In this document: positions 39,869 to 50,333 of the stretch, in pieces
Numbering within the stretch: position 1 is the stretch's first letter
How the letters are laid out: each line of letters opens with the position of its first letter
Assembly (NCBI GenBank): GCA_963705105.1
Contig: CAVPIW010000005.1
Coordinates: 352,001 to 416,000, forward strand
Length of the DNA stretch: 64,000 nt
DNA from: an uncultured Nitrospiraceae bacterium
GTDB lineage: Bacteria; Nitrospirota; Thermodesulfovibrionia; Thermodesulfovibrionales; Dissulfurispiraceae
Direction: 5' to 3'
Position numbers and translations under genes: made by a program
The notes under the pieces: model-generated
Told to the model about the DNA's origin: nothing
What the model saw: the letters and a program-made list of their open reading frames with translations, nothing else
Databases searched by the model: none

Positions 39869-40198
39869 GTCGCTCCTGTCCGAAATAGCTTACAGTGAGG
39901 CCTTAAAAACGAGGATAGGGTGTGATTTCTGAAGCAAAATTCACGGTTGCCTTGCACGAAAAGACGGTGCAAAACGCTCTAAAAACAGTGTCAGTGTCAG
40001 TGTGAGTGTCCGTAAAAGGTTAATTTTGTTCGATCGTTGGTCTGCAATGGTCTGTACGGGAAGGCAGAGGTTTCGCAGCACCGATGCTTTTCGGCGCATT
40101 CGCCCCGTCTTTCCTGAGATCTCATTGCGGTGATAAGGGTTTATTATGCGAAGAAATCATGCCCTATCCTCGTGCCACATTATTTTGGACGCCGGCGA
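39869..40198 (-). repeat. Shell element (family 2), copy 2, enclosing a family-1 element (~39950-40142) with an (ACACTG)n core
   Basis: 39869-39946 matches the reverse complement of 8122-8198; 40147-40193 matches the reverse complement of 8008-8054; the interior carries GGAAAGACGGGGCGAATGCGCCGAAAAGC and a CAGTGT array. Confidence 0.82.
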
Positions 40199-40253
40199 TG
40201 TCATGTATAATTGAGGATGAACAGGCAGGAAATTCATGGAAACGGAGGCCGGC

Positions 40254-42137
40254 ATGAGTGAAGAGCACAGTGCACTGCAATCGCTTCGCGAGCGTCATCC
40301 GGAGAAATTCATCGACAAAGAGCGCATATTCGGCAATATCCGCGGAGGTGACAGGATATTCGTCGGCACGGGATGCGGCGAGCCCGCCCACCTCGTTCAG
40401 GCGCTTGTCGACTATGTACACGCCAATCCCACGGCATTTTTCGACACCGAGGTGCTCCAGGTCTGGTCGCTCGGCGTCGCCCCTTATACGGACGAGAAGT
40501 TCAAGAGCAATTTTCGCCAGAACTCGTTCTTTATCAGTAATGCCAACAGGGATGCGATCAACAGGGGGATCGCCGACTACACCCCCATATTCCTGTTCTC
40601 CGTTCCCGGACTCTTCCGCCGGCGTCTCGTCCCTGTCGACGTCGCCCTGATCCAGACCTCCATGCCCGATGATCACGGCTATGTGAGCCTGGGGATAAGC
40701 GTCGACATTGTGAAAGCGGCTGCCGAGGCGGCTGACCTCGTCATTGCGCAGGTCAATTCACACATGCCCCGCGTCCACGGGGACTCCTTCATTCACGTGC
40801 GTGACATCGATTACATCGTTCACTATGACGAGCCCCTGCTCGAATACGAGACGACCGTGTCTGACAAGACGATGGAGAGGATAGGCGCCTACGTCTCCCG
40901 CATCATCCAGGACGGCGACACCATTCAGGTCGGGTACGGCAGCATGCCCAATTCGATCCTCATGCACCTCAAAGACAAGAAACATCTCGGTGTACACACG
41001 GAACTGCTCAGCGACGGGATCGCCGAGCTGATGAGGTTGGGCGTCATTGACAACTCGAAGAAGGAAGTCGACCGGGGAAAGACGGTCGCTGCTTTCTGTA
41101 TGGGGAAGCGTTCGACCTACGAATTCGTCCGTGACAACCCGGGCGTCGAATTCAGGCCCGTCAGTTACACGAACGACCCTATGGTCATAGCGCGGCATCT
41201 GAACATGGTCGCTATCAACAGCGCCCTTAAAATCGACCTGACCGGCCAGGCAACGGCCGAATCTCTCGGCTCGCTGTTCTACAGCGGTATCGGGGGACAG
41301 GCGGACTTCATGAGGGGCGCCATCCTCTCGCGGGGCGGCAAGACCATTCTCGCGATGGAGTCGACCGCTGAAAATGGCAGCATATCGAGGATCGTCCCCT
41401 CCCTCATCGAAGGTGAAGCGGTATCCCTTATAAGGGGCGACATACATTACGTCGTCACGGAATGCGGCATCGCCTATCTCCACGGCAAGAATATCAGGGA
41501 ACGCGCCATGGCACTGATCGCCATCGCCCACCCGAAGTTCCGCCATGAGCTGCTTGAGGAAGCGAAGAGGCGGGGCCTCGTCTATCAGGACCAGGCATAT
41601 ATACCGGGAGAGAAAGGCGTGTACCCCGAATACCTCGAAACGTACCGCACGACGAAAACGGGCCTGAAGATGCTCCTGAGACCCGTGAGAATCAGCGATG
41701 AGCCTCTCCTGAAGGATTTTTTCTATTCCCTCTCGTCCGATTTCATGTACCGGCGGTTCATGTCCGCCCGAAGGGACATGCCCCACGAGCGGCTCCAGAA
41801 ATTCGTCGTCATCGACTACACGAGAGAAATGACCATCCTGGCGGTCGTTGAGGAGGAGGAGAAGGAGGTCATCGTCGGGATGGGGCAGTACTTCATCGAA
41901 GAGCACTCCCACAGCGCCGAGGTGGCCTTCGTGGTGCGGGACGATTACAAGGGCAGGGGCATTGCGCTGGAGCTGCTGTCCCACATGATCCACCTTGCGC
42001 GGAAGAGCGGCCTGATTTATCTGACGGCGGAGGTGCTGAAGGACAACGAGCCGATGCTGAACCTGTTCAGGAAGATGTTCCCCGCCCTCGAGAGGAGAAT
42101 CGGAGACGAGGTCTACCTGCTGAAAATGACTCTCTAA
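40254..42137 (+). CDS. Acetyl-CoA hydrolase/transferase fused to a C-terminal GNAT domain
   Basis: GVHTEL, DLTGQ, SGIGGQADF, ALIAIAHPKFR; AEVAFVVRDDYKGRGIA; start 40236 or 40254. Confidence 0.9.
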   Translation: MSEEHSALQSLRERHPEKFIDKERIFGNIRGGDRIFVGTGCGEPAHLVQALVDYVHANPTAFFDTEVLQVWSLGVAPYTDEKFKSNFRQNSFFISNANRDAINRGIADYTPIFLFSVPGLFRRRLVPVDVALIQTSMPDDHGYVSLGISVDIVKAAAEAADLVIAQVNSHMPRVHGDSFIHVRDIDYIVHYDEPLLEYETTVSDKTMERIGAYVSRIIQDGDTIQVGYGSMPNSILMHLKDKKHLGVHTELLSDGIAELMRLGVIDNSKKEVDRGKTVAAFCMGKRSTYEFVRDNPGVEFRPVSYTNDPMVIARHLNMVAINSALKIDLTGQATAESLGSLFYSGIGGQADFMRGAILSRGGKTILAMESTAENGSISRIVPSLIEGEAVSLIRGDIHYVVTECGIAYLHGKNIRERAMALIAIAHPKFRHELLEEAKRRGLVYQDQAYIPGEKGVYPEYLETYRTTKTGLKMLLRPVRISDEPLLKDFFYSLSSDFMYRRFMSARRDMPHERLQKFVVIDYTREMTILAVVEEEEKEVIVGMGQYFIEEHSHSAEVAFVVRDDYKGRGIALELLSHMIHLARKSGLIYLTAEVLKDNEPMLNLFRKMFPALERRIGDEVYLLKMTL

Positions 42138-42347
42138 ACCTTAACATTGCAATAGGATATCCGGAAAGGCGGGATGTATGCGCCGAAAACCTTGATGCGG
42201 CGACACCTTAACCTTCACTGACGATAATATTTCAAGCCAATGGTCGATCACACAAACAGTGGAATCCTGAAAGACAAACCTGACGAGGCTCATCGTCGCC
42301 TTCAGCAAGGCTTTGAGGCGCTTCGTCCCGCCTTTTTTACAACTGCA
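42136..42347 (+). repeat. Complete family-1 palindromic element
   Basis: Colinear with 12408-12627 along its length; begins at the TAA stop of the upstream gene. Confidence 0.92.
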
Positions 42348-42403
42348 GGGCAAACCCCGCATGCCGATGACGCTGCGCGCTCTTTTCATGATATAGTTTA
42401 ATT

Positions 42404-43399
42404 ATGCCGGCCAATCTTCCTCCTGAATATCTCGAGGCGGAAAAGCGATACAAGGAGGCCCGTTCGACGGCGGAAAAGGTCGTCGCCCTTGAGGACCTCC
42501 TGTCCAGGCTGCCGAAACACAAGGGTACGGACAAGCTCAGGGCCGATCTCAGGAGCAGGCTGTCGAAGCTCCGCGATGAGGCGCTGAGAAAAAAGAAGTC
42601 GGGAGGAAGGACGGACCTCTACACCGTCGATCGCGAGGGTGCTGCGCAGGTCGTCCTCGTCGGCTTTGCGAATTCGGGCAAGTCATCGCTCCTGAAAAGC
42701 CTCACCAACGCCAATCCCGTTATAGCCGACTATCCCATGTCGACGCTCATGCCCCTGTCCGGCATGATGCCTTTCGAGGACATCCAGTACCAACTCGTTG
42801 ATCTCCCGCCTGTCGGCAACGAGTCAACGGACGGCTGGGTTTCGGGCATCATCCGCAATTCCGACATTCTCCTCCTCGCCATCGACCTGGCCGACGACCC
42901 GGACGTGCAGGCAGAGCTCCTCATGGACCAACTGAAGTCCTGGCGCATATCCCTCCTGAAGGCGGGGTCTTTCATCATGGGACATGATCTGAAGAATCCC
43001 GCATCGCCGAAACGGGTCCTCATAGCGGGAAACAAGGCTGATCATGGGGACGCGGCTGAAGGACTCCGGAGGTTGAAAGATGTGGTGGGGAATGCCTACC
43101 CTGTTATCTCCGTCTCGGCAAAAACCAAGACGGGGCTGGAGGATCTCAAAGTGACGATCTTCGAGGTCTCGAGAATCATACGGGTGTACTCGAAGGAGCC
43201 GGGGAAGGAACCCGACCTCGGGCGTCCCTTCACCTTGCCCGCAGGATCGACCGTTCTCGACCTTGCCGAGCTGATTCACCGGTCATTCGTCCAGACGTTA
43301 CGATATGTCTGCGTCTGGGGATCGACACGCTTTCCCGGACAACGGGTGCAGAGGGACTACATCCTCAAGGACAGGGATATCGTCGAGATCCGTGTATAG
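42404..43399 (+). CDS. DRG/OBG-family GTPase with TGS domain
   Basis: MPANLPPEY, GFANSGKS, DLPP, NKAD, C-terminal TGS. Confidence 0.9.
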   Translation: MPANLPPEYLEAEKRYKEARSTAEKVVALEDLLSRLPKHKGTDKLRADLRSRLSKLRDEALRKKKSGGRTDLYTVDREGAAQVVLVGFANSGKSSLLKSLTNANPVIADYPMSTLMPLSGMMPFEDIQYQLVDLPPVGNESTDGWVSGIIRNSDILLLAIDLADDPDVQAELLMDQLKSWRISLLKAGSFIMGHDLKNPASPKRVLIAGNKADHGDAAEGLRRLKDVVGNAYPVISVSAKTKTGLEDLKVTIFEVSRIIRVYSKEPGKEPDLGRPFTLPAGSTVLDLAELIHRSFVQTLRYVCVWGSTRFPGQRVQRDYILKDRDIVEIRV

Positions 43400-43402
43400 T
43401 CT

Positions 43403-43609
43403 TTAATCGTCGTACCGAAAGTCGCCGTCCACGCCGAGGAATTCGAAATCATCGATATGGACGCGCCTGATCTCCTTGCGGGTGCCGCACTGGTCACAGG
43501 TGACATAATACAACACTGATTCCGGATCGGACAAATCCCTGACGACGTGATCTCCGATCGGCTCACGCTCGATGAGCTCATAGCAGTTGTCGCATTCCAG
43601 GTACATCAT
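43403..43609 (-). CDS. Small zinc-ribbon-like protein
   Basis: CDNC...CDQC, 68 aa, AAAGGGGG RBS. Confidence 0.6.
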   Translation of the reverse strand: MMYLECDNCYELIEREPIGDHVVRDLSDPESVLYYVTCDQCGTRKEIRRVHIDDFEFLGVDGDFRYDD

Positions 43610-43782
43610 GGCTGCCCCCTTTTCATCAGGATTGCTCGTATGACAGGGAATAAAGCAACGGCCATGCCTGGATACGAACATTGATACATAAGCCTTTTAA
43701 TCCGGCCGTTCAGAGTGTATGCTTAAAAAGTGTGCACCCCCTGCCTAATAAATGAGCAGATATTCCCCCCTCTTCGCGCGTA

Positions 43783-44019
43783 TAAACCTTATTGCCGGAA
43801 AGCCCCCTGGAAAGGCGGGGCGAAGATGCCGAAAAGCCTTGGTGCTGCGAAACCGTTGCCTTCCCATGAGGATCATTTCAAGCCCCCGATTGATTAGACG
43901 GAGAGTGGTATCCCGTTATCCAATTTCAAATGATCATTCTCGCTATCAGCAAGGCTTTGAGGCACTTTGTCCCGCCTTTCAACGCAACTCCAAAGTGAGG
44001 CTATTTTGGACAGCAGCGA
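43783..44019 (+). repeat. Divergent family-1 element followed by a shell-type terminus
   Basis: AAACCTTAT...GGAAAGGCGGGGCGAAGATGCCGAAAAGCCTTG / CAGCAAGGCTTTGAGGCACTTTGTCCCGCCTTTC; then GCTATTTTGGACAGCAGCGA. Confidence 0.85.
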
Positions 44020-44098
44020 AATCGTGTATACTAAAAATACAGGGAGAAAACGGAGACACATGGACCCCTGAGAGAGCAAAACAAGAGGAGGATCGGAT

Positions 44099-44320
44099 AT
44101 GGTTGACGAGGTGAAGAGGATACTGGGACTCATTCGTCCGCAGCTCCAGGCGGACAGGGGTGATGTTGAGCTGATCGAGGTGACCGATGACGGCGTCGTC
44201 AAGGTAAAACTCCTCGGGGCCTGCGGACACTGCCCCATGTCCACGATGACCCTGAAGAACGGGATAGAGAGGATCCTGAAGCAGAATGTGCCGGGCGTAA
44301 AGGAAGTCGTCTCAGTGTAG
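44099..44320 (+). CDS. NifU/Nfu-type Fe-S carrier protein
   Basis: IRPQLQADRGDVEL, GACGHCPMS. Confidence 0.9.
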   Translation: MVDEVKRILGLIRPQLQADRGDVELIEVTDDGVVKVKLLGACGHCPMSTMTLKNGIERILKQNVPGVKEVVSV

Positions 44321-44351
44321 AGACATCCTGCAATGACAAGGGAGGTTTCCC

Positions 44352-44549
44352 GTGATCAGTGTGAAGACCTTTGGAACGGAGATACGGCCCCTCAAGACGA
44401 TGCGTGAGCTCTCCGGTCTCGACGAGGCGGTCAACGCCTTTATCGCTGAAAGCAATGTAAAAAGGGTCATTTCGGTCTCGGACACGTCAACGACCGACGA
44501 CAAGGGAGAGACGATCGGGCTCATCCGGGTGATCTGTTACGAGACGTAA
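44352..44549 (+). CDS. Small hypothetical protein
   Basis: GGAGG RBS, GTG start, globular composition, follows the nfu gene. Confidence 0.65.
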   Translation: MISVKTFGTEIRPLKTMRELSGLDEAVNAFIAESNVKRVISVSDTSTTDDKGETIGLIRVICYET

Positions 44550-44634
44550 TCCGGTCGCCTGTCGTCCGCGCACCTTGAACAACAGGGGGTCAGGGCTGTA
44601 TTGCTCCGGCAATGCAGTTTTAAACGTCTTGTAC

Positions 44635-44850
44635 ACCTTTCAGCTGCATGAAAAGGCGGGGCGAAGCGCCTCAAAGCCTTGCTGAAGGCGACGATGATCA
44701 TTGTTAGCTTTGCCTTTCAGGATTCAATTCGTCGTGTCATCGACCATTGGCTTAAACCGTTGTCTTCTGTGACGGTTTAGGTGTCGCCGCAGCAAGGTTT
44801 TCGGCGCATACACCCCGCCTTTCCGGATGTCCAATTACAATAATAAAAGG
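44635..44850 (-). repeat. Complete family-1 palindromic element (reverse orientation)
   Basis: Reverse complement is colinear with 12408-12627 and 42136-42347. Confidence 0.92.
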
Positions 44851-44883
44851 CACATTCTGAACGCGAGGCATGACATGATTTTC

Positions 44884-45291
44884 ATGAAAGACTACTCTGA
44901 AGTGCTTCATGGACTGGGGCGCTCGTACTGCGTGGAGATCCGGTTCATCTCGGGCCTCTGGTCATGGATGGGCAGGCAGGGCATCAGCGGGACCGAACCG
45001 GTCTACCCGATGAAACTCGCTGCCGGAGAGGGAGGCGGCGTGACGATGCAGGTCCAGTCGGAAATCGATGAATCCGGCCTGGACGATCTGATCAATGCCC
45101 TCGGCGTCCGGTGGTCGCTGAAGGAAAACCTGTCCGACCTCTCCAAGAGACTGAACAGCGTCAAGAAACGCATCGCCTTCATCTTCCTGAAAACTTATGC
45201 CCGCAATGTGCCGGATGTAAGCGGCGACGAATGGGAAGAAGACACCTGGGCCGTCGGAGAAATGGAGAGGCTCGGACTGTTCAGGGAGTAG
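44884..45291 (+). CDS. Hypothetical protein
   Basis: 135-aa ORF filling the gap, convergent with the antiporter gene. Confidence 0.55.
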   Translation: MKDYSEVLHGLGRSYCVEIRFISGLWSWMGRQGISGTEPVYPMKLAAGEGGGVTMQVQSEIDESGLDDLINALGVRWSLKENLSDLSKRLNSVKKRIAFIFLKTYARNVPDVSGDEWEEDTWAVGEMERLGLFRE

Positions 45292-45295
45292 GCAG

Positions 45296-46345
45296 CTATA
45301 CACCGAGAAAGATCGCCGCGGCGTAAATGATGTAGAACACCCCTCCGAACAGGACGGCGAAGGGAGAAACCCTGTTCGCGACAAACAGGTTCAGCACGAC
45401 GATGGCTGCGGACAGGAGAGAAAGAATGGCCGACAGCAGGGCGATGCGCGACATCTCCCAGTCCGTGAACAAGAGGCCGACAGCCACAGGAAAGGTCGAC
45501 TGAAACACCATTGCGCCGGTTATGTTCCCCATGGCGAGGGTATCCCTCCCTTTCAGTGTCCACGTCACGCTGTTGAACTTTTCCGGCAACTCCGTCGCCA
45601 CCGGCGCGACGAGCAGGGCGAAGAGCATGGGATTCATACCCCACGCTGCCGAAAGGTGCGCGAGACTCCCGACGAATGTGTGGGCGCCTCCGATCATGAG
45701 CGCCAGGGCTGAGAGAACCTGCACGACAATGAGCGCCAGAGACGCCTCTCCTCCTCCCTGCATAAGGCGCGGGGCGCCTGACGGGCCTTTCAATAAGCCC
45801 GAGGCGGCGAACCAAATGCGCCTGAAATAGAGTTCCTCCGTGTGCAGTATGTCTGCGCTCTCACCCCTGAAAGTCATGAAGGCATAGACGATATACCCGA
45901 CGAAAAGACCGCCGGCTATGAATATATTCATCCCCTTGACGATGAGGGGCAGGAAGATCGCGACGCTGTAAAGGAGGAGGAAGAAGAGGAGGTCCCTCTT
46001 CATGGAATGAACTTCGATGCGGAGTTCGAATTTCCGCTTCTTCCTCAGAAATGTCGCAACGACGGAGATGCCGACGAGGAAGAACGCGAGGGTCGAAAGC
46101 ATGAACGGCGCCCCGAGAATGGCCCCCACGCCGATCTCCTTCGCCGCGTCGCCGCCGTGCATGAGAATCGCCACAAAGGGCAGGATCGTTTCGGGCAGCG
46201 CCGTCCCGACGGCGGCAAGAATGCTGCCCACGACGGCCTGAGAAAGAGAGAGCTTTCTGCCGAGCAGTTCGACGCCGTTGGTGAAGATTTCGGCGCTGAG
46301 CAGGATGAGGAAGAGGCTGATGATGAGAAACAGGACGTCCGTCAT
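45296..46345 (-). CDS. Sodium:calcium antiporter family protein
   Basis: Alpha repeats GTALPE and ATELPE, GNITGA. Confidence 0.9.
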   Translation of the reverse strand: MTDVLFLIISLFLILLSAEIFTNGVELLGRKLSLSQAVVGSILAAVGTALPETILPFVAILMHGGDAAKEIGVGAILGAPFMLSTLAFFLVGISVVATFLRKKRKFELRIEVHSMKRDLLFFLLLYSVAIFLPLIVKGMNIFIAGGLFVGYIVYAFMTFRGESADILHTEELYFRRIWFAASGLLKGPSGAPRLMQGGGEASLALIVVQVLSALALMIGGAHTFVGSLAHLSAAWGMNPMLFALLVAPVATELPEKFNSVTWTLKGRDTLAMGNITGAMVFQSTFPVAVGLLFTDWEMSRIALLSAILSLLSAAIVVLNLFVANRVSPFAVLFGGVFYIIYAAAIFLGV

Positions 46346-46348
46346 GAC

Positions 46349-47239
46349 TCAGCGAACGATGACGACCGGGCAGGGAGATGACTTCAGGACGGCCTCGGAA
46401 ACGCTCCCGAGCAGAATGCCTCCTATATACGAGAGTCCCCGCGCTCCCATGACGATCAGGTCGGCATCCCTTTCCCCGCAAAGCTCACCGATCACCTTAT
46501 GGGCGACACCCGACCTGACGATGCCCTCGGCAAAGGGGCATCCCTTCAGGAGATCCGCCACCTGCCCTTCCGCTTCCCGGACCAGATCCTTTCCGTAATG
46601 CGTCCTGCGGTCATCGCCGGCGTCCTTCCAGCCCCTGAGGCTGCTTTCGATCTCCCGTGTCCCGACGACGTGCAGGACTGTCAGTTCCCGGGGAGCTGCA
46701 GGGTCGGCATTCTCATCACATCGGATGAGCGACTTGGCGAACTCCAACGCCCTCAGGGCATTTTCCGAGAAGTCGATTGCGCAGATGACCCTCCGGGGAC
46801 TGACCTCCCCCACACGGGCGGATTCGGCTTTTTCACCGCGAACGACGAACAGAGGGACGGTCAGGCTTTTTATGAGACGCTCCGAGCTGCTCGGCCTCAC
46901 CATGTGAGACCTGAATCCGGTGACGAGGATGTCGCTCCCCAGATCCCTGACAGCCGTCGTGAACGATTCGGTGAGATGCCCCACTGCTATGGTGTGACCT
47001 GACGGGACCCCATGCCTGCCGATCATCTCGGACAAACCGGCCAGCTCCGCCTCGTCCCTTTCCTTCTCCTGCTGGATATAGGGGATGACGTAAGCCGGCG
47101 GAGTCGCCGAATACTCGATCACGTGGAGCAGGTGGATGCTCGCCGGCGTGAAATGCCGGGCAAGCCAGACCGAGTACGCGAGAATTTTTTCCGTATCGCC
47201 GCCGAGATCTACGGCTGCAAGGATTTTCTTGATTTCCAC
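46349..47239 (-). CDS. Universal stress protein (two USP domains)
   Basis: KILAAVD, VICAIDFS, DLIVMGARG...LLGSVSE. Confidence 0.9.
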   Translation of the reverse strand: MEIKKILAAVDLGGDTEKILAYSVWLARHFTPASIHLLHVIEYSATPPAYVIPYIQQEKERDEAELAGLSEMIGRHGVPSGHTIAVGHLTESFTTAVRDLGSDILVTGFRSHMVRPSSSERLIKSLTVPLFVVRGEKAESARVGEVSPRRVICAIDFSENALRALEFAKSLIRCDENADPAAPRELTVLHVVGTREIESSLRGWKDAGDDRRTHYGKDLVREAEGQVADLLKGCPFAEGIVRSGVAHKVIGELCGERDADLIVMGARGLSYIGGILLGSVSEAVLKSSPCPVVIVR

Positions 47240-47263
47240 GATGCTATTCCGGCGCCTGCCGCG

Positions 47264-47569
47264 TCATTTGTTCAGGCTGACGCCCAGTCTCCTTTCCACG
47301 GAGAGCACTTTCTCCTCGATCCTGTTCTTCCTGCCCTTCCGGTCGTCGATCGTCACGGAGATGAGAACTCGCTCCTCCGTCTTCATGATCTCGTCATGAC
47401 AACTCCTGATGAGCTCCATGATCTCGTCCCAATCCCCCTCGACGACGGTCCCCATAGGATTGACCTTGTAAGGCATTCCGCTCCTTGCGACCATGTCGAG
47501 CACCGCGGCGACCTTGTCCCCCAGGCTGCTGCCGGAGCCGATGGGAACGATGCTGAACTGAGCGAGCAT
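47264..47569 (-). CDS. MTH1187 family thiamine-binding protein
   Basis: FSIVPIG, NPMGTVVEG, IDDRK; GAGGAGG RBS. Confidence 0.88.
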   Translation of the reverse strand: MLAQFSIVPIGSGSSLGDKVAAVLDMVARSGMPYKVNPMGTVVEGDWDEIMELIRSCHDEIMKTEERVLISVTIDDRKGRKNRIEEKVLSVERRLGVSLNK

Positions 47570-47605
47570 ACAGTCCTCCTCACCCCTCGTCACTGCAAGA
47601 AAATT

Positions 47606-47626
47606 GGTCATTAAGTCATTGAGTCA
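47606..47626 (+). repeat. Solo (AAGTCATT)-type octamer repeat
   Basis: GGTCATTAAGTCATTGAGTCA, same motif as at 51914 and 57007. Confidence 0.65.
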
Positions 47627-47671
47627 AAAAGACGATATCTGTCTTCCCGGCGAGGCGGCATACAAAAACCG

Positions 47672-47701
47672 AAAAAAAGAGGTGGCCGCTTTAGCCACCT
47701 C
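47672..47701 (-). terminator. Intrinsic terminator of the HU gene
   Basis: GAGGTGGC-TAAAGCG-GCCACCTC followed by T7 on the minus strand. Confidence 0.85.
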
Positions 47702-47728
47702 ATAGCAGGAATTAAATAAATAAATGCT

Positions 47729-48001
47729 CTATTTTACCGCATCCTTCAACGTTTTGCCTGCCGTGAACTTCGGGACCTTCGTCGCAGGAATCTTGATCTC
47801 GTCCCCCGTTCTCGGATTGCGTCCCTTTCTCGCCTTTCTTTTGGTCACCGCGAAGGTGCCAAAGCCGACGAGCGTCACTTTTTGCCCTTTCTTCAGCGAA
47901 AACTTGACCGCGTCGATTGTTGCATCGAGGGCCTTGCCGGCATCCGCCTTCGTGAACCCCGTCATTGATGCAATTTTATCAATGAGCTCTGCCTTTGTCA
48001 T
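47729..48001 (-). CDS. hup: HU family DNA-binding protein
   Basis: [29 protein letters not shown]. Confidence 0.95.
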   Translation of the reverse strand: MTKAELIDKIASMTGFTKADAGKALDATIDAVKFSLKKGQKVTLVGFGTFAVTKRKARKGRNPRTGDEIKIPATKVPKFTAGKTLKDAVK

Positions 48002-48141
48002 CGATTCTTCCCCCCTTTCTCCTCGTAAATTATTAATTACCAACGGTTTGACTATAACAATACCAAGAAGAATGCCGTTTGTCAAGAAAAAAATGACGGG
48101 TTTACCCCGTAAATCCCCGCTCCTGCACGGAGTCGGGAAGG

Positions 48142-50253
48142 TCACCTGTTCACGGAGAGGACGCCGTCGAGCTGGGAGATCTTGTTGACGATGGTGTTGA
48201 GCTGCTGCCTGCTCCTTATCTCGAGGATAAGCTCCATCAGAGACCGTTTGTCATGGGTCGGGCTGACCTTGAGTGAAGATATATTAACGTTCACAGCCGA
48301 GATGAGGGCGCTCATGTTCGCAAGCATGCCGGGCCTGTCCACACACTCGACGAAGAGCTTCGCCGATGTGGTGATATCCTCCTGCTGACTCCATTCGACG
48401 CCGATCAGCCTCTCCGTGTCGACGGCCGTCCTTTCGAGATTGGAACACTCGGTCCGATGGATCGTCACCCCCTTGCCCTTGGTGATAAAGCCTACGATCT
48501 TGTCACCCGGCACGGGATAACAGCAACGCCCCACGTGATAGAGCACATTGTCGATGCCCTTGATGCTGATGACGCTCTTCCCCTCCCGGGGCGGCTTGAC
48601 GACCTTGGTGATCAGCGTTTCTTCGTGCTTTTCGTCGGTGAGCCTGTTGACGAGCTGGTGGACCGAGAGCTTGCCGTACCCGATGGCAAGCAGCACATCT
48701 TCGACGTTCTGGTAACTGAGGGCCTTCAGGATCTCCTGCATCTTTTCCGTCTTCAGGACCGCCATCGTCATCCCGTTGCGCCGCAACTCCTCCTCGATCA
48801 GCTTCGTTCCGAGCTCGACGCCCTGGTTCCGCTCTTCGACCCTGATCCATTGTTTGATCCTGCTCCTCGCCCTCGGCGTGACGACGAATTTGAGCCAGTC
48901 CTTGCTCGGGCTATGGGAGGGGGCGGTGATGATCTCGACGGCGTCACCGCTGACAAGCTTATACCTGAGAGGGACGATCCTGCCGCTGATCTTCGCGCCG
49001 ACGCAGCGGTGACCGACTTCGGAGTGGATGCTGTAGGCGAAATCGACAGGCGTGGACCCGACGGGGAGCTCCTTGATGTCTCCCTTCGGCGTGAAGACAT
49101 ACACCGTCTCGGGCACGATGTCACCCTTGACGGCCTCAAGAAACTCCTTGGCGTCTGAGACATCCTTGACCAGCTCCCTGAGCCAGGCGATGTAGCGGGC
49201 GTTCTTTTTGTCGATGCCGTCCCTTTCCTTGTAACGCCAATGAGCGGCGATGCCCTCCTCGGCGATCTCGTTCATGTCGCCCGTCCTGATCTGAAACTCG
49301 ATACGGTCCCCTCCCGGGCCGACGACGGTCGTATGGAGGGACTGATAGAGGTTGGACTTGGGCAGGCTGATGAAGTCCTTGAAACGGCCGGGCACGAGAG
49401 GCCACAGGGAATGTATGACACCGAGTATGTCATAACAGTGGGTGACGGTATCCGTTATGACCCTGATGCCGAACACGTCGTGGACCTGCTCGAAGGGGAT
49501 CTTCTGTGTCACCATCTTCTGGTAGATGCCGTAGTAGTGTTTCACCCTGCTCTTTATCTTGGCGATGACACCCACCTCCTGGAGTCTCTCCGAGATGAGG
49601 TGGACGACTTCGTCGATGTATTGCTTCTGCTCCTCCTTCCGCTTCGCCACCTTTGATTCGAGGTCGTGGTAGAGATCGGGCATGATGTGCTGAAAGCAGA
49701 GATCCTCGAATTCCGTCCTGAGCCATCCGATACCGAGCCTGTTCGCCAGGGGGGCGAATATCTCGAGTGTCTCCGTCGCGATCCTCCTCCGTTTGTCTTC
49801 GGGAAGGAACTCAAGGGTCTTCATATTGTGAAGGCGGTCGGCAAACTTGATGAGAATGACCCTGACGTCCTTTGACATGGCGAGGAGCATCTTGCGGAAA
49901 TTTTCTGCCTGTGCGTCCTCCTTGGTCTGGAATTCGACCTTGCTCAATTTCGTGACGGCGTCGACGAGGAAGGCGATCTCGTTGCCGAACATGTCCCTGA
50001 TATCATCTGTGGACATGCCCGTGTCTTCGACCGTATCGTGGAGCAGGCCCGACGCGATCGTGGCCGTGTCGAGCTTCATATCTGCAAGGATATCAGCCAC
50101 TGCCAGAGGATGACGGATGTACGGCGATCCCTCGACCCTCTTCTGGGCGCAGTGGGCCTCCCTGGAGAAAATATACGCCTTTTTCAGGAGCTCGACATTG
50201 GCCTTGGGATTGTAAGACACGACCTTTCTGATGAGTGATTCCACGTCCGGCAT
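48142..50253 (-). CDS. rel: Bifunctional (p)ppGpp synthetase/hydrolase
   Basis: HD hydrolase motif (LLHDTVED), ADRLHN, YQSLHT, EFQIRT, TGS and ACT domains. Confidence 0.96.
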   Translation of the reverse strand: MPDVESLIRKVVSYNPKANVELLKKAYIFSREAHCAQKRVEGSPYIRHPLAVADILADMKLDTATIASGLLHDTVEDTGMSTDDIRDMFGNEIAFLVDAVTKLSKVEFQTKEDAQAENFRKMLLAMSKDVRVILIKFADRLHNMKTLEFLPEDKRRRIATETLEIFAPLANRLGIGWLRTEFEDLCFQHIMPDLYHDLESKVAKRKEEQKQYIDEVVHLISERLQEVGVIAKIKSRVKHYYGIYQKMVTQKIPFEQVHDVFGIRVITDTVTHCYDILGVIHSLWPLVPGRFKDFISLPKSNLYQSLHTTVVGPGGDRIEFQIRTGDMNEIAEEGIAAHWRYKERDGIDKKNARYIAWLRELVKDVSDAKEFLEAVKGDIVPETVYVFTPKGDIKELPVGSTPVDFAYSIHSEVGHRCVGAKISGRIVPLRYKLVSGDAVEIITAPSHSPSKDWLKFVVTPRARSRIKQWIRVEERNQGVELGTKLIEEELRRNGMTMAVLKTEKMQEILKALSYQNVEDVLLAIGYGKLSVHQLVNRLTDEKHEETLITKVVKPPREGKSVISIKGIDNVLYHVGRCCYPVPGDKIVGFITKGKGVTIHRTECSNLERTAVDTERLIGVEWSQQEDITTSAKLFVECVDRPGMLANMSALISAVNVNISSLKVSPTHDKRSLMELILEIRSRQQLNTIVNKISQLDGVLSVNR

Positions 50254-50333
50254 TCTTCATTATACCTTTTTTAAAATGTGGTAAGATAGAGTGACTTATA
50301 TCGTTTATCACCGGCGGGAGAGGACGGAAAGAC

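Noticed and set aside
40160..40178. TGGCACG as a sigma-54 promoter on the minus strand
   Set aside because: No GC at the -12 position; the sequence is part of the shell repeat arm
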